DNA from: a candidate division WOR-3 bacterium
Lineage (GTDB): Bacteria; Hydrothermota; Tepidihabitantia; B3-TA06
Assembly: GCA_965649265.1 (NCBI GenBank)
Contig: CBFGKC010000011.1
Location: 60,453-101,034, forward strand
Length of the DNA stretch: 40,582 bases
Direction: 5' to 3'
Position numbers and translations under genes: made by a program. The stretch's first letter is position 1. Each line of letters opens with the position of its first letter. The notes under the pieces are model-generated. The model was not told the DNA's origin and searched no databases. It saw nothing but the letters and a program-made list of their open reading frames with translations. This document shows positions 1 to 9,321 of this stretch, in pieces.

Positions 1-903
1 GCAACCTTCTCGCGATCTTCCGGGTACCACTGGTACGTGGACAGCTTCTCGTGGAAAAATAATCTCGACTACATCGTTCTCGGTGATGACCGCAACCTTG
101 ATACTAATGCGACATATATGCTGCCGGCCGTATCCAGGGGAACAAGCCAATCCTATAACGCTTCAACCGCCGTGGTCTTTGGCAAATTCCGGCTCGACGG
201 CAGCGGAAAGTATACTATAACTGAAAATAACGATGCTGCGCAATATTATTATACTAAATCAACGACTTTTCCTGAATTGCGAGCGTCATACAACGATCTT
301 GGAAAGCTTCTTGAAAAGGTTGCGGAAGTTTCTCAACTTACATCGAGTTTTTCCCTTACTAAAAGTGTAAACGGGGTGAAAGGCAGTTCGATTCCTACAA
401 AAAAGGGGTTTCAAATGGGGTTTTCCCCTCTGTTATTGTGGAATACTACCTGGAAAGAACGAGTGACGAGTCAAGTCGGTGTAAACTACAGTGTAGCAAG
501 AGATACAACCTATTTACCCAATACGGACTCGGCTTATGCCACCACGAGCGAGACAAAAAGTGCAAAAGTTTCTGTAGGCTATACATTTAATAAGCCCTCA
601 GGATTCAAGATTGGTTTCCTCAAGCATCTGAAGTTCAAGAACGATTTTACTCTTACCGGCTCTCTCGACTACAATCAGACTCAGAATTACACCGGTAACA
701 AAAAAGACGCCGCGTATCAAGACCCCAAAACTCCAGTACCTACAAGAACAACGGTAACAGGGGCTGTAAACGGCAAGTATACTTTTTCAGAGGCTCTTGA
801 CGGCGGGCTCGACATATCGGTCAGTCGTTTTGAGGATAATCAATACACCGATAATGCGTATACGGATTTGAAAGTCGATCTATACGTTGTGTTCAGGTTC
901 TGA
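1..903 (+). CDS. C-terminal part of a large outer-membrane beta-barrel protein, SprA/Sov (T9SS translocon)-like; 5' end outside window
   Basis: Frame is open from base 1. Amphipathic beta-strand pattern rich in T/S/Y, ending in a C-terminal Phe (..VDLYVVFRF). The segment GYTFNKPSGFKIGFLKHLKFKNDFTLTGSLDY..KYTFSEAL resembles the SprA C-terminus. Confidence 0.55.
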   Translation, partial: ATFSRSSGYHWYVDSFSWKNNLDYIVLGDDRNLDTNATYMLPAVSRGTSQSYNASTAVVFGKFRLDGSGKYTITENNDAAQYYYTKSTTFPELRASYNDLGKLLEKVAEVSQLTSSFSLTKSVNGVKGSSIPTKKGFQMGFSPLLLWNTTWKERVTSQVGVNYSVARDTTYLPNTDSAYATTSETKSAKVSVGYTFNKPSGFKIGFLKHLKFKNDFTLTGSLDYNQTQNYTGNKKDAAYQDPKTPVPTRTTVTGAVNGKYTFSEALDGGLDISVSRFEDNQYTDNAYTDLKVDLYVVFRF

Positions 904-1232
904 TGAAAAGAAAGCTCTCTAACCAAGGAATCGCCCTCTGTGTCCTGGCCGGACTGCTTCTCGTCGCTATAGGGATAGGAGTAATTCGTCATTTGCCTAA
1001 AGGAAAAATCGAACTGGAACCGTTATCCAAAACCAGGCTTCTTGTTTCTCTCAATAAAGCGGGGGTTGACGATTTAACGAGACTTCCGGGAATCGGACCT
1101 GCTCTTGCCGCACGCGTGGTCGCCTACAGGGACTCCCACGGCACTTTTCTTGCCCCGGAGAGTCTCTTGAACGTTCCCGGAATCGGCAAGTCCAAGCTCG
1201 AGGATTTAAAACCCTACATCGAGGTTCCTTAA
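903..1232 (+). CDS. comEA: ComEA-family helix-hairpin-helix DNA-binding protein
   Basis: N-terminal membrane anchor; LNKAGVDDLTRLPGIGPALAARVVAYR..G.F...ESLLNVPGIGKSKLE double HhH; TGATG overlap with the upstream gene. Confidence 0.85.
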   Translation: MKRKLSNQGIALCVLAGLLLVAIGIGVIRHLPKGKIELEPLSKTRLLVSLNKAGVDDLTRLPGIGPALAARVVAYRDSHGTFLAPESLLNVPGIGKSKLEDLKPYIEVP

Positions 1233-1648
1233 TGCCGCGCATAATGGCTATAGACTTAGGGAAAAAAAGAGTCGGACTCGCTTTTTCCGACGAAACCGCT
1301 TTCATGTGCGTGGAGGCTTTCTCTCTTCAGATTCGCGACGACAGGGATCTCGTAAAACAGATCGATGATGTCATAAAAAAACACGAGATAGTTGAAATAG
1401 TGATCGGTTATCCAATAAATCTCAAGGGCGAACGCACCGAGACGACACGCTGGGCCGAGAGAATATACTGCATTTTGAAAGAGAAGTATCATTTTCCCGT
1501 TAACCTTCTTGACGAACGCATGACCACCGCTCTTGCCGAACGCTTTGTGCCGCCGAACGAGCGAAAGAAGGATAAATCCAAGGTGGATGCAGTTGCAGCG
1601 TCGCTCCTGTTGGCCGACTACCTGAGGCAGAAAACGCATGCCCGGTAA
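1232..1648 (+). CDS. ruvX: Holliday junction resolvase-like / pre-16S rRNA nuclease RuvX (YqgF)
   Basis: IMAIDLGKKRVGLAFSD, IVIGYP, DERMTT and VDAVAA motifs. Confidence 0.93.
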   Translation: MPRIMAIDLGKKRVGLAFSDETAFMCVEAFSLQIRDDRDLVKQIDDVIKKHEIVEIVIGYPINLKGERTETTRWAERIYCILKEKYHFPVNLLDERMTTALAERFVPPNERKKDKSKVDAVAASLLLADYLRQKTHAR

Positions 1649-2609
1649 ACGAATCCTTCCTCTGTTCCTTTTCATTTTCATTTTGACCCTTCTTTCCTGT
1701 CGGAAGGGGGGAGGGGGAGGCAAGGTTGCGGATGAGATTCTCTTCGAGGTTCGTTCCGGCGAATCCACCTCTCGCATAGCCGAGAGGCTCGATTCTCTTT
1801 CGATTATCTCGCATCCCGGAGTTTTTACCTTCAAGGCCAAGCTCCGGGGCCTGGACAGGACCCTCAAGCAGGGTATCTATCGTTTTCATAAAGGGATGAG
1901 CGAGGACTCGGTTCTCCTTGTTCTTGCCTCAGGCAAGATAGCGACTGTCACGGTCACCATTCCGGAGGGTTTAACCCTTAACGAAATTGCGCTGAAACTC
2001 TCCAGGGCCGGAGTCGTAAACCAGGACACCTTCCTCAAGCTGGCGAAGGACAAAAGACTTCTCCGCGAATTCAACGTTCCATTTCAAACCTTTGAGGGGC
2101 TTCTTTTCCCCGATACCTACAACTTTCCGGTAGACATAGAGCCTGCGGATGTTCTGCGCTTGATGGCTCACCGCTTTTTCGAGATAGCCGAACCTCTCAT
2201 GCGCGGTACAAGGATCGACACACTGGTGATACTGGCCTCCATAGTCGAAAAAGAAGCGTATCTTGCCGAAGAAAGGCCAGTTATAGCGTCGGTTTTCCTC
2301 AATCGTCTCCGCGTAGGAATGAAACTCGAAAGCTGCGCGACGGTGGAGTATGCCCTGCCCGAGCACAAAGAAAGGTTGACTTACGGCGATTTACGGGTAA
2401 ATTCTCCTTATAACACGTATCAGATTACCGGCCTGCCGCCGGGGCCCATTTGTTCGCCCGGCAAGGCTTCTCTCGAGGCGGTAGCGCATCCAAAGCATAC
2501 GAAGTATTTGTTCTTCGTATCCAAGGGAGACGGTTCACACTATTTCTCCGAGACCGCCCGGGAGCATGAGCGTATGAAATATGAATTAAATCGCAAGGTC
2601 CAGGGTTAA
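1638..2609 (+). CDS. mltG: Endolytic transglycosylase MltG (YceG)
   Basis: VTIPEG, EGLLFPDTY, LASIVEKE, SPYNTY..GLPPGPICSPG, YLFFV; possible lipobox (LLSC); usual ruvX-mltG order. Confidence 0.93.
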   Translation: MPGKRILPLFLFIFILTLLSCRKGGGGGKVADEILFEVRSGESTSRIAERLDSLSIISHPGVFTFKAKLRGLDRTLKQGIYRFHKGMSEDSVLLVLASGKIATVTVTIPEGLTLNEIALKLSRAGVVNQDTFLKLAKDKRLLREFNVPFQTFEGLLFPDTYNFPVDIEPADVLRLMAHRFFEIAEPLMRGTRIDTLVILASIVEKEAYLAEERPVIASVFLNRLRVGMKLESCATVEYALPEHKERLTYGDLRVNSPYNTYQITGLPPGPICSPGKASLEAVAHPKHTKYLFFVSKGDGSHYFSETAREHERMKYELNRKVQG

Positions 2610-2624
2610 TAAAAAGGAGACGAG

Positions 2625-3695
2625 ATGGCTCATATGATTTTTTCTATAAATCCGGGCGGAGGCTCTACAAAGGTAGCTCTTTATGATGATGATAAGCCGA
2701 TTCATCAGGAAAATTTGCGGCACGATCCTGCAGAGCTTTCAAAATTCTCGTCAACCCTTGATCAGTTGGGATATCGCCGTGAAGTCATCACGAAACTCCT
2801 TGACGCCTGGAAGGTAGATACCTCGGCGCTCTCAGCGGTCGTGGGCCGCGGAGGGCCGTTCAAGCCACTCGTTTCAGGAACTTACAGGGTCAGCGACAAG
2901 ATGCTTTCAGATATTCGTGAGGGTCGTGTTGCCGCCGATCATCCGTCCAATCTCGGCGCCCTGCTCGCTCATGAGATTGCTTCGCCGTCAGGGATTCCGG
3001 CCTTTATAGTCGATCCTGTTTCAGTCGACGAGTTCATCCCCGAATCACGCATCTCCGGTCTGCCCGAAATCGAAAGGCGGTCGCTCTCGCACGCTTTGAA
3101 CATGAAGATGGTCGGTCGCAAGGCGGGGGTCGAACTGGGAAAGCGCTATCAGGATCTCAACTTGGTCATAGCCCATCTGGGAACCGGGATCTCCATAGGC
3201 GCACACCGCAAGGGCCGCCAGATAGACGTCAACAACGCGAATGACGGCGGACCTATCGCTCCGCAGAGAACGGGGTACCTGCCCGTTACCCAGCTCGTGA
3301 AGCTCTGCTTTTCGGGAAAGTACGACCAGAAGGCCCTCCTCAAGATGATCACTAAAGAAGGTGGACTTCTTGCGCATCTGGGGTCCGATCACGCCCAGGA
3401 GCTTTACAAAAAGGCCGAGACCGATAAGAAGGTCGCTCTCGTCCTCGGCGCGATGGTCCAGAGCATCGCAAAGGAGATAGCCGGCCAGGCCGCGGTGCTT
3501 GACGGGGAGGTTGACGCGATTGTAATCACCGGAGGAATGGCGTTTGAACCCAGGCTTGTAGAAGCAGTCACAAAGAAGGTGAAATTTATAACGAACAAGA
3601 TTCTGGTCTTCCCCGGAGAGGACGAGCTTGAAGCGCTTACACGAGGCGCTCTCCGAGTCCTTAAGGGAGAAGAGGAGGCACTTGAGTATGTCTAA
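2625..3695 (+). CDS. buk: Butyrate kinase / branched-chain carboxylate kinase
   Basis: INPGxxSTK, VGRGG, HPSNLG, IVDPVSVDE, HALN, DVNNA, ITGGMA, PGEDEL; AGGAG RBS. Confidence 0.92.
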   Translation: MAHMIFSINPGGGSTKVALYDDDKPIHQENLRHDPAELSKFSSTLDQLGYRREVITKLLDAWKVDTSALSAVVGRGGPFKPLVSGTYRVSDKMLSDIREGRVAADHPSNLGALLAHEIASPSGIPAFIVDPVSVDEFIPESRISGLPEIERRSLSHALNMKMVGRKAGVELGKRYQDLNLVIAHLGTGISIGAHRKGRQIDVNNANDGGPIAPQRTGYLPVTQLVKLCFSGKYDQKALLKMITKEGGLLAHLGSDHAQELYKKAETDKKVALVLGAMVQSIAKEIAGQAAVLDGEVDAIVITGGMAFEPRLVEAVTKKVKFITNKILVFPGEDELEALTRGALRVLKGEEEALEYV

Positions 3696-5463
3696 TAAAG
3701 AAGGTTCTTTGAAGAAATTCCTTTCCGGAGACGAAGCGGTCGCCCAGGGCGCCTGGGAAGCCGGTTGTCATGTCGCCGCCGCCTATCCGGGAACGCCCTC
3801 GACCGAGATCCTCGAGGCGGTGGTGAAATACAAGGATATTTACTGCGAATGGTCAACTAACGAAAAGGTGGCTTACGAGGTCGCGCTCGGCGCCTCCATG
3901 GCCGGCGCTCGCTCTCTATACGCATCCAAACATGTGGGTCTCAACGTTGCGGCCGATCCTTTCTTCTCGTCTGCATACATAGGTTCACGCGGCGGATTCG
4001 TCGTCATCACCGCCGACGACCCCTCCATGCATTCGTCCCAGAACGAGCAGGATAACCGTTACTACGGGCTTGCCGCAAAGGTTCCCGTTCTCTGCCCGTC
4101 CGATTCCGCCGAGTGCAAGGAGTTCACCAAGCTCGCCTTCGAGATCTCCGAGCGCTTCAATGTTCCCGTTATCGTTCGTCTGACTACGCGCACCTCGCAC
4201 GCATCCGGTGTCGTCGAATGCCTGGAGCGCAATGAGATTCCCATCAAAGGCTACGAAAAGAACATCGCCAAGAACCTCATACTTCCAATGTTCGCGCGCA
4301 AGCTGCACGCCTCGCTCGAGGAGCGCATGATAGCGCTGCGGGAGTACTCGGAAACCGCCGAGATCAACCGGATCGAGAAAGGGGAGGAGGGGGTCGGTAT
4401 AATAGCCGACGGCGTCGCTTACACGTATGCCAAGGAGGTCTGGCCTAAGGCGTGGTTCCTCAAGCTCGGCATGATGCACCCCCTGCCCGAAAAGTTAGTC
4501 CGAGAGCTTGCTTCAAAGGTCAAGACTATCTATATCGTCGAAGAGAACGATCCCATCATCGAGACCGGCGTCAAGGCGCTGGGCATACCTTGCATAGGCA
4601 AGGAGAAGGTCCCTCGGGTTCTGGAACTGAACCCCGACCGCCTGAACGAGGCGTTCTTCAACAAAAAGACGAACTCCCTCGACGCGGGCGAACTGCCTAA
4701 CAGGCCGCCGGCGCTTTGCCCGGGATGCACGCACAGACCGGTCTTCCACATTCTTTCGCGCATGAAGCCGATAATCACCGGCGACATAGGCTGCTACACC
4801 CTTGGCGCGATGCCGCCCCTTAACGCTATGGACACCTGCGTGGACATGGGCGCGTCCATTACCGCCGCGCACGGCATTCGCAAGGCGCTCGATCTCTCCC
4901 CGGACGAGAAGGAGAAGAACCAGAGGGTTGTCGCCGTTATAGGCGACTCGACCTTCTTCCATTCAGGCATGACCGGGCTCGCGAACGCGGTATACAACAG
5001 GGCGCCCATCACGGTCGTTATCATGGATAACCGCATCACGGCGATGACCGGCCACCAGCAGCATCCGGGCACTGGCAAGACCCTTATGGGTGAGCCAGCG
5101 AACGAGGCCGATGCGGCGGAAGTCGCGCGCTCGCTGGGAGTCAAGCATGTCTGGGTGGTTGATCCCTACGATTACAAGGAGACAAAGGAAGTTATCAAGC
5201 AGGCGATGGAGACCACAGAACCCTCTGTCGTTATCACGCGCCGCGCCTGTCCGCTTTATGACCGCACTCAGTGGAAACCTTACTACTACGTCGACGAAGC
5301 AACCTGCATCGGATGCAAGATGTGTATCGGACTCGGGTGCCCGGCAATAAGCTTCATCGCCGACCGGAAGAAATCACACATCAACGAAGTTTTGTGCACC
5401 GGCTGTTCTATCTGCGCGCAGGTTTGCCCGAAAGGAGCGATTCATGCCTCAAAAGACAACTAA
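3688..5463 (+). CDS. iorA: Indolepyruvate:ferredoxin oxidoreductase alpha subunit
   Basis: AYPGTPSTE, NEKVA, DDPSMHSSQNEQD, LCPGCTH, GDIGCY, GDSTFFH (TPP), two C-terminal CxxCxxC ferredoxin motifs. Start moved to ATG 3688, which follows GAGGAGG. Confidence 0.95.
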   Translation: MSNKEGSLKKFLSGDEAVAQGAWEAGCHVAAAYPGTPSTEILEAVVKYKDIYCEWSTNEKVAYEVALGASMAGARSLYASKHVGLNVAADPFFSSAYIGSRGGFVVITADDPSMHSSQNEQDNRYYGLAAKVPVLCPSDSAECKEFTKLAFEISERFNVPVIVRLTTRTSHASGVVECLERNEIPIKGYEKNIAKNLILPMFARKLHASLEERMIALREYSETAEINRIEKGEEGVGIIADGVAYTYAKEVWPKAWFLKLGMMHPLPEKLVRELASKVKTIYIVEENDPIIETGVKALGIPCIGKEKVPRVLELNPDRLNEAFFNKKTNSLDAGELPNRPPALCPGCTHRPVFHILSRMKPIITGDIGCYTLGAMPPLNAMDTCVDMGASITAAHGIRKALDLSPDEKEKNQRVVAVIGDSTFFHSGMTGLANAVYNRAPITVVIMDNRITAMTGHQQHPGTGKTLMGEPANEADAAEVARSLGVKHVWVVDPYDYKETKEVIKQAMETTEPSVVITRRACPLYDRTQWKPYYYVDEATCIGCKMCIGLGCPAISFIADRKKSHINEVLCTGCSICAQVCPKGAIHASKDN

Positions 5464-6034
5464 CATCTTCGTCGCCGGTGTCGGCGGACAGGGAATACTG
5501 AAATTCTCCGATCTTTTGTGCGAGGTCGCGATGCATTCGGGTCTGGACGTCAAGAAATCGGAGATACACGGAATGGCCCAGAGGGGAGGGTCGGTAACCA
5601 CGCATCTGCGCTTCGGCGAAAGGGTGTACTCACCCCTCATTCCAGAGGGTAAGGCCGATTTCATTATTGCAATGGAGCACATAGAGGCGCTCAGGCACAT
5701 TGCATTCCTTGATCACGAGAACGGCACGCTTATATATGACACGCTCGAGATAGCCCCGCCCGAGGTCTACACCGCGGTTAAACCTTATCCCGCCGACATC
5801 GAGACCAGGCTCGAGCGCCTTGCGCCGAAAAAGATCGCGCTGCCCGCCTACGATGAAGCCCTGAAAATGGGTAACACCAGGGCCCAGAACGTGATAATGC
5901 TTGGTGCACTCTCCGCCTTCCTTTCGTTCGATTCGTCCCTTTTCGAAGAAATCATCACTAAAGGTTTTCCCGCGAAATTCACGGAATCCAATATCAAGGC
6001 CTTCCAGAGAGGCAGGGAACTTGCCAAAAAGTAA
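5444..6034 (+). CDS. iorB: Indolepyruvate oxidoreductase beta subunit
   Basis: AGVGGQG, EIHGMAQRGGSV, SPLIPEGKAD, NVIMLGA; overlaps iorA. Confidence 0.95.
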   Translation: MPQKTTNIFVAGVGGQGILKFSDLLCEVAMHSGLDVKKSEIHGMAQRGGSVTTHLRFGERVYSPLIPEGKADFIIAMEHIEALRHIAFLDHENGTLIYDTLEIAPPEVYTAVKPYPADIETRLERLAPKKIALPAYDEALKMGNTRAQNVIMLGALSAFLSFDSSLFEEIITKGFPAKFTESNIKAFQRGRELAKK

Positions 6035-6043
6035 CTGCGGCTT

Positions 6044-6790
6044 ATGGATGAGAAGATAGCCAGGGCCCGCGACGCCATCACCCGGGCCGAGAAGCTTCTC
6101 GTCTTTACGGGCGCCGGGATTTCAAAGGAATCCGGAGTCCCTACCTTCAGGGAAGCTGACGGGCTGTGGGAGAAATTCAAGGCCGAGGACTTTGCAACAC
6201 TCGAGTCTTTCAAGAAGCGGCCACAAGAGGTATGGAAGTGGTACCGCGAACGCCGCTCGCTTGCCCGCAAGGCGGAACCCAACCCCGCGCACGTCGCAGT
6301 CGCAAAACTCGACCGGCTGCACTGGGATTTCATGATAGCTACCCAGAACATAGACAATCTGCACCAGCGAGCAGGGGCAAAAAGGGTTCTTGAGCTTCAC
6401 GGCAACTTGCTTCGTTCCTATTGCTTGAATTGCGGCAAAAAAGTTGATGAGTCAGAGGCAGATCTTGACGGAGAGGTCCCGACCTGTTCAGAACACGAAT
6501 GCGGCGGTCTCATGCGTCCTGATGTGGTCTGGTTCGGCGAGTATCTTGATCCGAATATCCTGAATGAAGCTACCAGATTCGCATCCGAGTGCGACTGCTG
6601 CATTGTAGTAGGGACCTCCGGGCTTGTTTACCCGGCAGCCCAGCTGCCGTATCTGGCGAAACGCAACGACGCGGCAATAATAGAAATTAATCCGGAACCT
6701 TCGGCCATCACCGGCATTGCCGATTACTTTTTTGAAGGTAAGGCCGGCGAGATGATGCCAGTGCTTGTAGAGCACATCAAGGAGGGATAA
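6044..6790 (+). CDS. cobB: NAD-dependent protein deacylase, class III sirtuin
   Basis: GAGISKESGVPTFR, TQNIDNLH, HGN, CxxC..Cx4C zinc site, RPDVVWFGE, GTSGLVYPAA; WYRERR carries the YxxR succinyl-binding motif. Confidence 0.93.
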   Translation: MDEKIARARDAITRAEKLLVFTGAGISKESGVPTFREADGLWEKFKAEDFATLESFKKRPQEVWKWYRERRSLARKAEPNPAHVAVAKLDRLHWDFMIATQNIDNLHQRAGAKRVLELHGNLLRSYCLNCGKKVDESEADLDGEVPTCSEHECGGLMRPDVVWFGEYLDPNILNEATRFASECDCCIVVGTSGLVYPAAQLPYLAKRNDAAIIEINPEPSAITGIADYFFEGKAGEMMPVLVEHIKEG

Positions 6791-7716
6791 TGAAATATAC
6801 ATATGGTCCTGTACCTTCGAGACGTTTAGGTCTTTCATTGGGAGTAGACATTCTACCCTACAAAACATGTACCGTCGATTGTCTTTTCTGTCAGCTCGGT
6901 AGAACCTCTAATCTTACAATCACTAGGTCTTCTTTCTTTCCAAAGGAAGATATCCTGGATGAAGTACTTACTGTTTGTCATCAGGAAAACCCCGATTATG
7001 TCACCTTCTCCGGATCGGGCGAACCCGCGCTTAACAAGGATATTGGCTGGATAATCAAACGGATCAAAGAAGAGGTCGAGGCAAAGGTGGCGGTGCTTTC
7101 AAATTCGTCCATTCTATGGATGCCTGACGTGCGCGAGGACCTCAACTTCGCCGACGTCGTGGTTCCTTCCCTCGACGCAGGAACCGATTCGTACTGGAAA
7201 AGAGTGAACAGACCACACCCCGACCTTCTTTTCGACCGTATGATTTCAGGACTTGTCGATTTTTCAAATCAGTACAAAGGAGAGTTGTGGGTCGAGATTC
7301 TTCTTGTCAGGGGAATCAACGATCAGCCTGAGAATATCGATGCTATCCTCTCAATCCTTGCTCAGATGCGTTACACGAAGATTCAGTTGAACACGGTCGT
7401 GAGACCTCCGAGCGAGAAGACGGCCCTTCCGCTTACCCCTGAAGAACTTGAAGCTATATCGAAAAGGTTTCCGCCGAACACCGAGATAGTTGCCACTTTC
7501 CAGAAAAGAGGTAAACACGTGGGGGGCCAGGGTGACAGGGACAGGATTCTGGACGCAATCTCGCGGCGGCCAATGACTATCAAGCAAATCGAACAGAGCC
7601 TTGGAATTCCTGCCGAACGCTCGGAAAACGTCATGAAAAGCCTCATCGACGAAGGATTGGCCAAGGCCATAATTCATGGTCAGGAGGAGTTTTACGAGGC
7701 CGTTCACGGCGCATAG
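6790..7716 (+). CDS. Radical SAM Fe-S oxidoreductase (Tyw1-like, COG0731 type) with C-terminal winged-helix-like tail
   Basis: YGPVPSRRLGLSLGVD, CTVDCLFC, SGSGEP, SLDAG, QLNTVVRPP. Confidence 0.85.
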   Translation: MKYTYGPVPSRRLGLSLGVDILPYKTCTVDCLFCQLGRTSNLTITRSSFFPKEDILDEVLTVCHQENPDYVTFSGSGEPALNKDIGWIIKRIKEEVEAKVAVLSNSSILWMPDVREDLNFADVVVPSLDAGTDSYWKRVNRPHPDLLFDRMISGLVDFSNQYKGELWVEILLVRGINDQPENIDAILSILAQMRYTKIQLNTVVRPPSEKTALPLTPEELEAISKRFPPNTEIVATFQKRGKHVGGQGDRDRILDAISRRPMTIKQIEQSLGIPAERSENVMKSLIDEGLAKAIIHGQEEFYEAVHGA

Positions 7717-7756
7717 CCTGAGCAGAAAACGCGATAAGGGGGGAGGAGGTGGTTCC

Positions 7757-7784
7757 TTGACAAAATTGTATTTTTAAATAGTAT
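7757..7784 (+). promoter_or_regulatory. sigma70-type promoter TTGACA-N16-TAGTAT
   Basis: Near-consensus hexamers upstream of GGAGG RBS and ATG 7813. Confidence 0.7.
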
Positions 7785-7812
7785 TTATCAAACAGCATAG
7801 CCCGGAGGGGTA

Positions 7813-9306
7813 ATGATCGGAGTTATATTTGTTTCCTTTTTGTATTCACAAGTCGATTCATTAATTGACACAAACAGGGTTGATACAACCACCTTTGCAA
7901 CATACAAGCTAACCGACTTCAGGATGCCCGAAAGTGGAGCAATGAAGTTTGTACTTAATCTTAACGCTGGATTAAACGATAATGCGGGTTCTTTCTGGCG
8001 TTTTCCCTATTATCCTGATGAGGATACTTTTCTTGTTGTAATAAAGAATCAAGGGAGAGACGGTTCAACAGGATGTAATATTTTTTTTGAAAGGGACAAA
8101 GAGAATTTCAGTTACTACGTCAATTCGGATCTTAAGGTATCCGCTCTTTCCAGTAATGAATCGAGATTATCCGATATGACTGAATCGGACACACTCATCA
8201 AAGCCAAAGCCCGGTTTTCCGGAGGGGATTTGGGAATTTATGGTAAAATTCAGTATTATCCTGCAGGTGATATCTTTTATATAGGCCTGAGATCAAGCCT
8301 TGATAATGGATGCTTGTTTACCAGGAAAGAAAATTCCTTTGAAGTAGATACTTTACTTTATGCCGGCGTAGAACTTGAGAGAAGTTATGGGGATACATTA
8401 TATATCTATCCCGAATTAGGATTTGGCAGGATGCGGTCGCTCAGTTACGCATCGAACGCGATGGAAATAGCAGAAGTTCTTCAGAGAAAATACACGGCCG
8501 CAAGAAACCCTCAGCTGGTCAAAGAGGTCGCAGAACTGTACGCGAAAAGATGGGAGTATCCGATAAAATACTGGCATCCTAACTGGGAGTTCTACGAAGA
8601 CCTTGAAGAGATATTTACAAAATACGGCATACCACGTGAGGAGATGAACATAAAAGACTGGATGGAAGTAATAGACGCCTCTTCGATTTGGTACTCACGG
8701 AATTGCGGGTTCACCTTGAAGTTCATGAATGCTGAATTGAGACAGATTTTTTACACACACTCAAGAAGGGATCTCGATCCTTGGTCCATTCATTACACGG
8801 AAAGTATTGATCTACTTTCTTTATCTTTGCTTCCTACCGCCGCAAGCATCAGCTGTGGTTTTCCAATTTCGATTAACACAAATCTAAATGGAAGTATAGA
8901 TTTTAAGCTATATCCTGGATTGGAATTTGCTTTTTCGCATTACGGTTATAGAAATTCATACTGGCCGGAGTATGTAAAGAAAGATACCACAATAATCAAC
9001 ACGGAAATAAAAGGTTACGGTGTCATCTATGAAATTTCTTCACCCACTTACATCTGGAATCATCTAGAGATTTCACCCGAAATTCGCGGAGGATTCGGTA
9101 AGGCGCCGCAGTCCTATAACGAATCAATAACCAGGCTATGGATTAACAATGGAGTATCGCTTTCTGCAAGGTATTACTTTACAAACAAGTTTGCATTCGG
9201 TGTAAGTGGTGGTATGTATGTCGGTTTTGAGAGAATCAATTCCTTGCCTTTTACTTATTCACTGTATCCCAATGCTGACTTAAGCCTTGATTACCGAATC
9301 TCTTAA
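7813..9306 (+). CDS. Hypothetical exported protein, probable outer-membrane beta-barrel with helical insert (paralog 1)
   Basis: 497 aa; short hydrophobic N-terminus; aromatic-rich alternating strands; shares YxLxDFRxPExG, GxGRxRxxxxAxxA and WxYxIKYW with the next gene. Confidence 0.7.
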   Translation: MIGVIFVSFLYSQVDSLIDTNRVDTTTFATYKLTDFRMPESGAMKFVLNLNAGLNDNAGSFWRFPYYPDEDTFLVVIKNQGRDGSTGCNIFFERDKENFSYYVNSDLKVSALSSNESRLSDMTESDTLIKAKARFSGGDLGIYGKIQYYPAGDIFYIGLRSSLDNGCLFTRKENSFEVDTLLYAGVELERSYGDTLYIYPELGFGRMRSLSYASNAMEIAEVLQRKYTAARNPQLVKEVAELYAKRWEYPIKYWHPNWEFYEDLEEIFTKYGIPREEMNIKDWMEVIDASSIWYSRNCGFTLKFMNAELRQIFYTHSRRDLDPWSIHYTESIDLLSLSLLPTAASISCGFPISINTNLNGSIDFKLYPGLEFAFSHYGYRNSYWPEYVKKDTTIINTEIKGYGVIYEISSPTYIWNHLEISPEIRGGFGKAPQSYNESITRLWINNGVSLSARYYFTNKFAFGVSGGMYVGFERINSLPFTYSLYPNADLSLDYRIS

Positions 9307-9321
9307 CCCTAAGGAGGGGAA

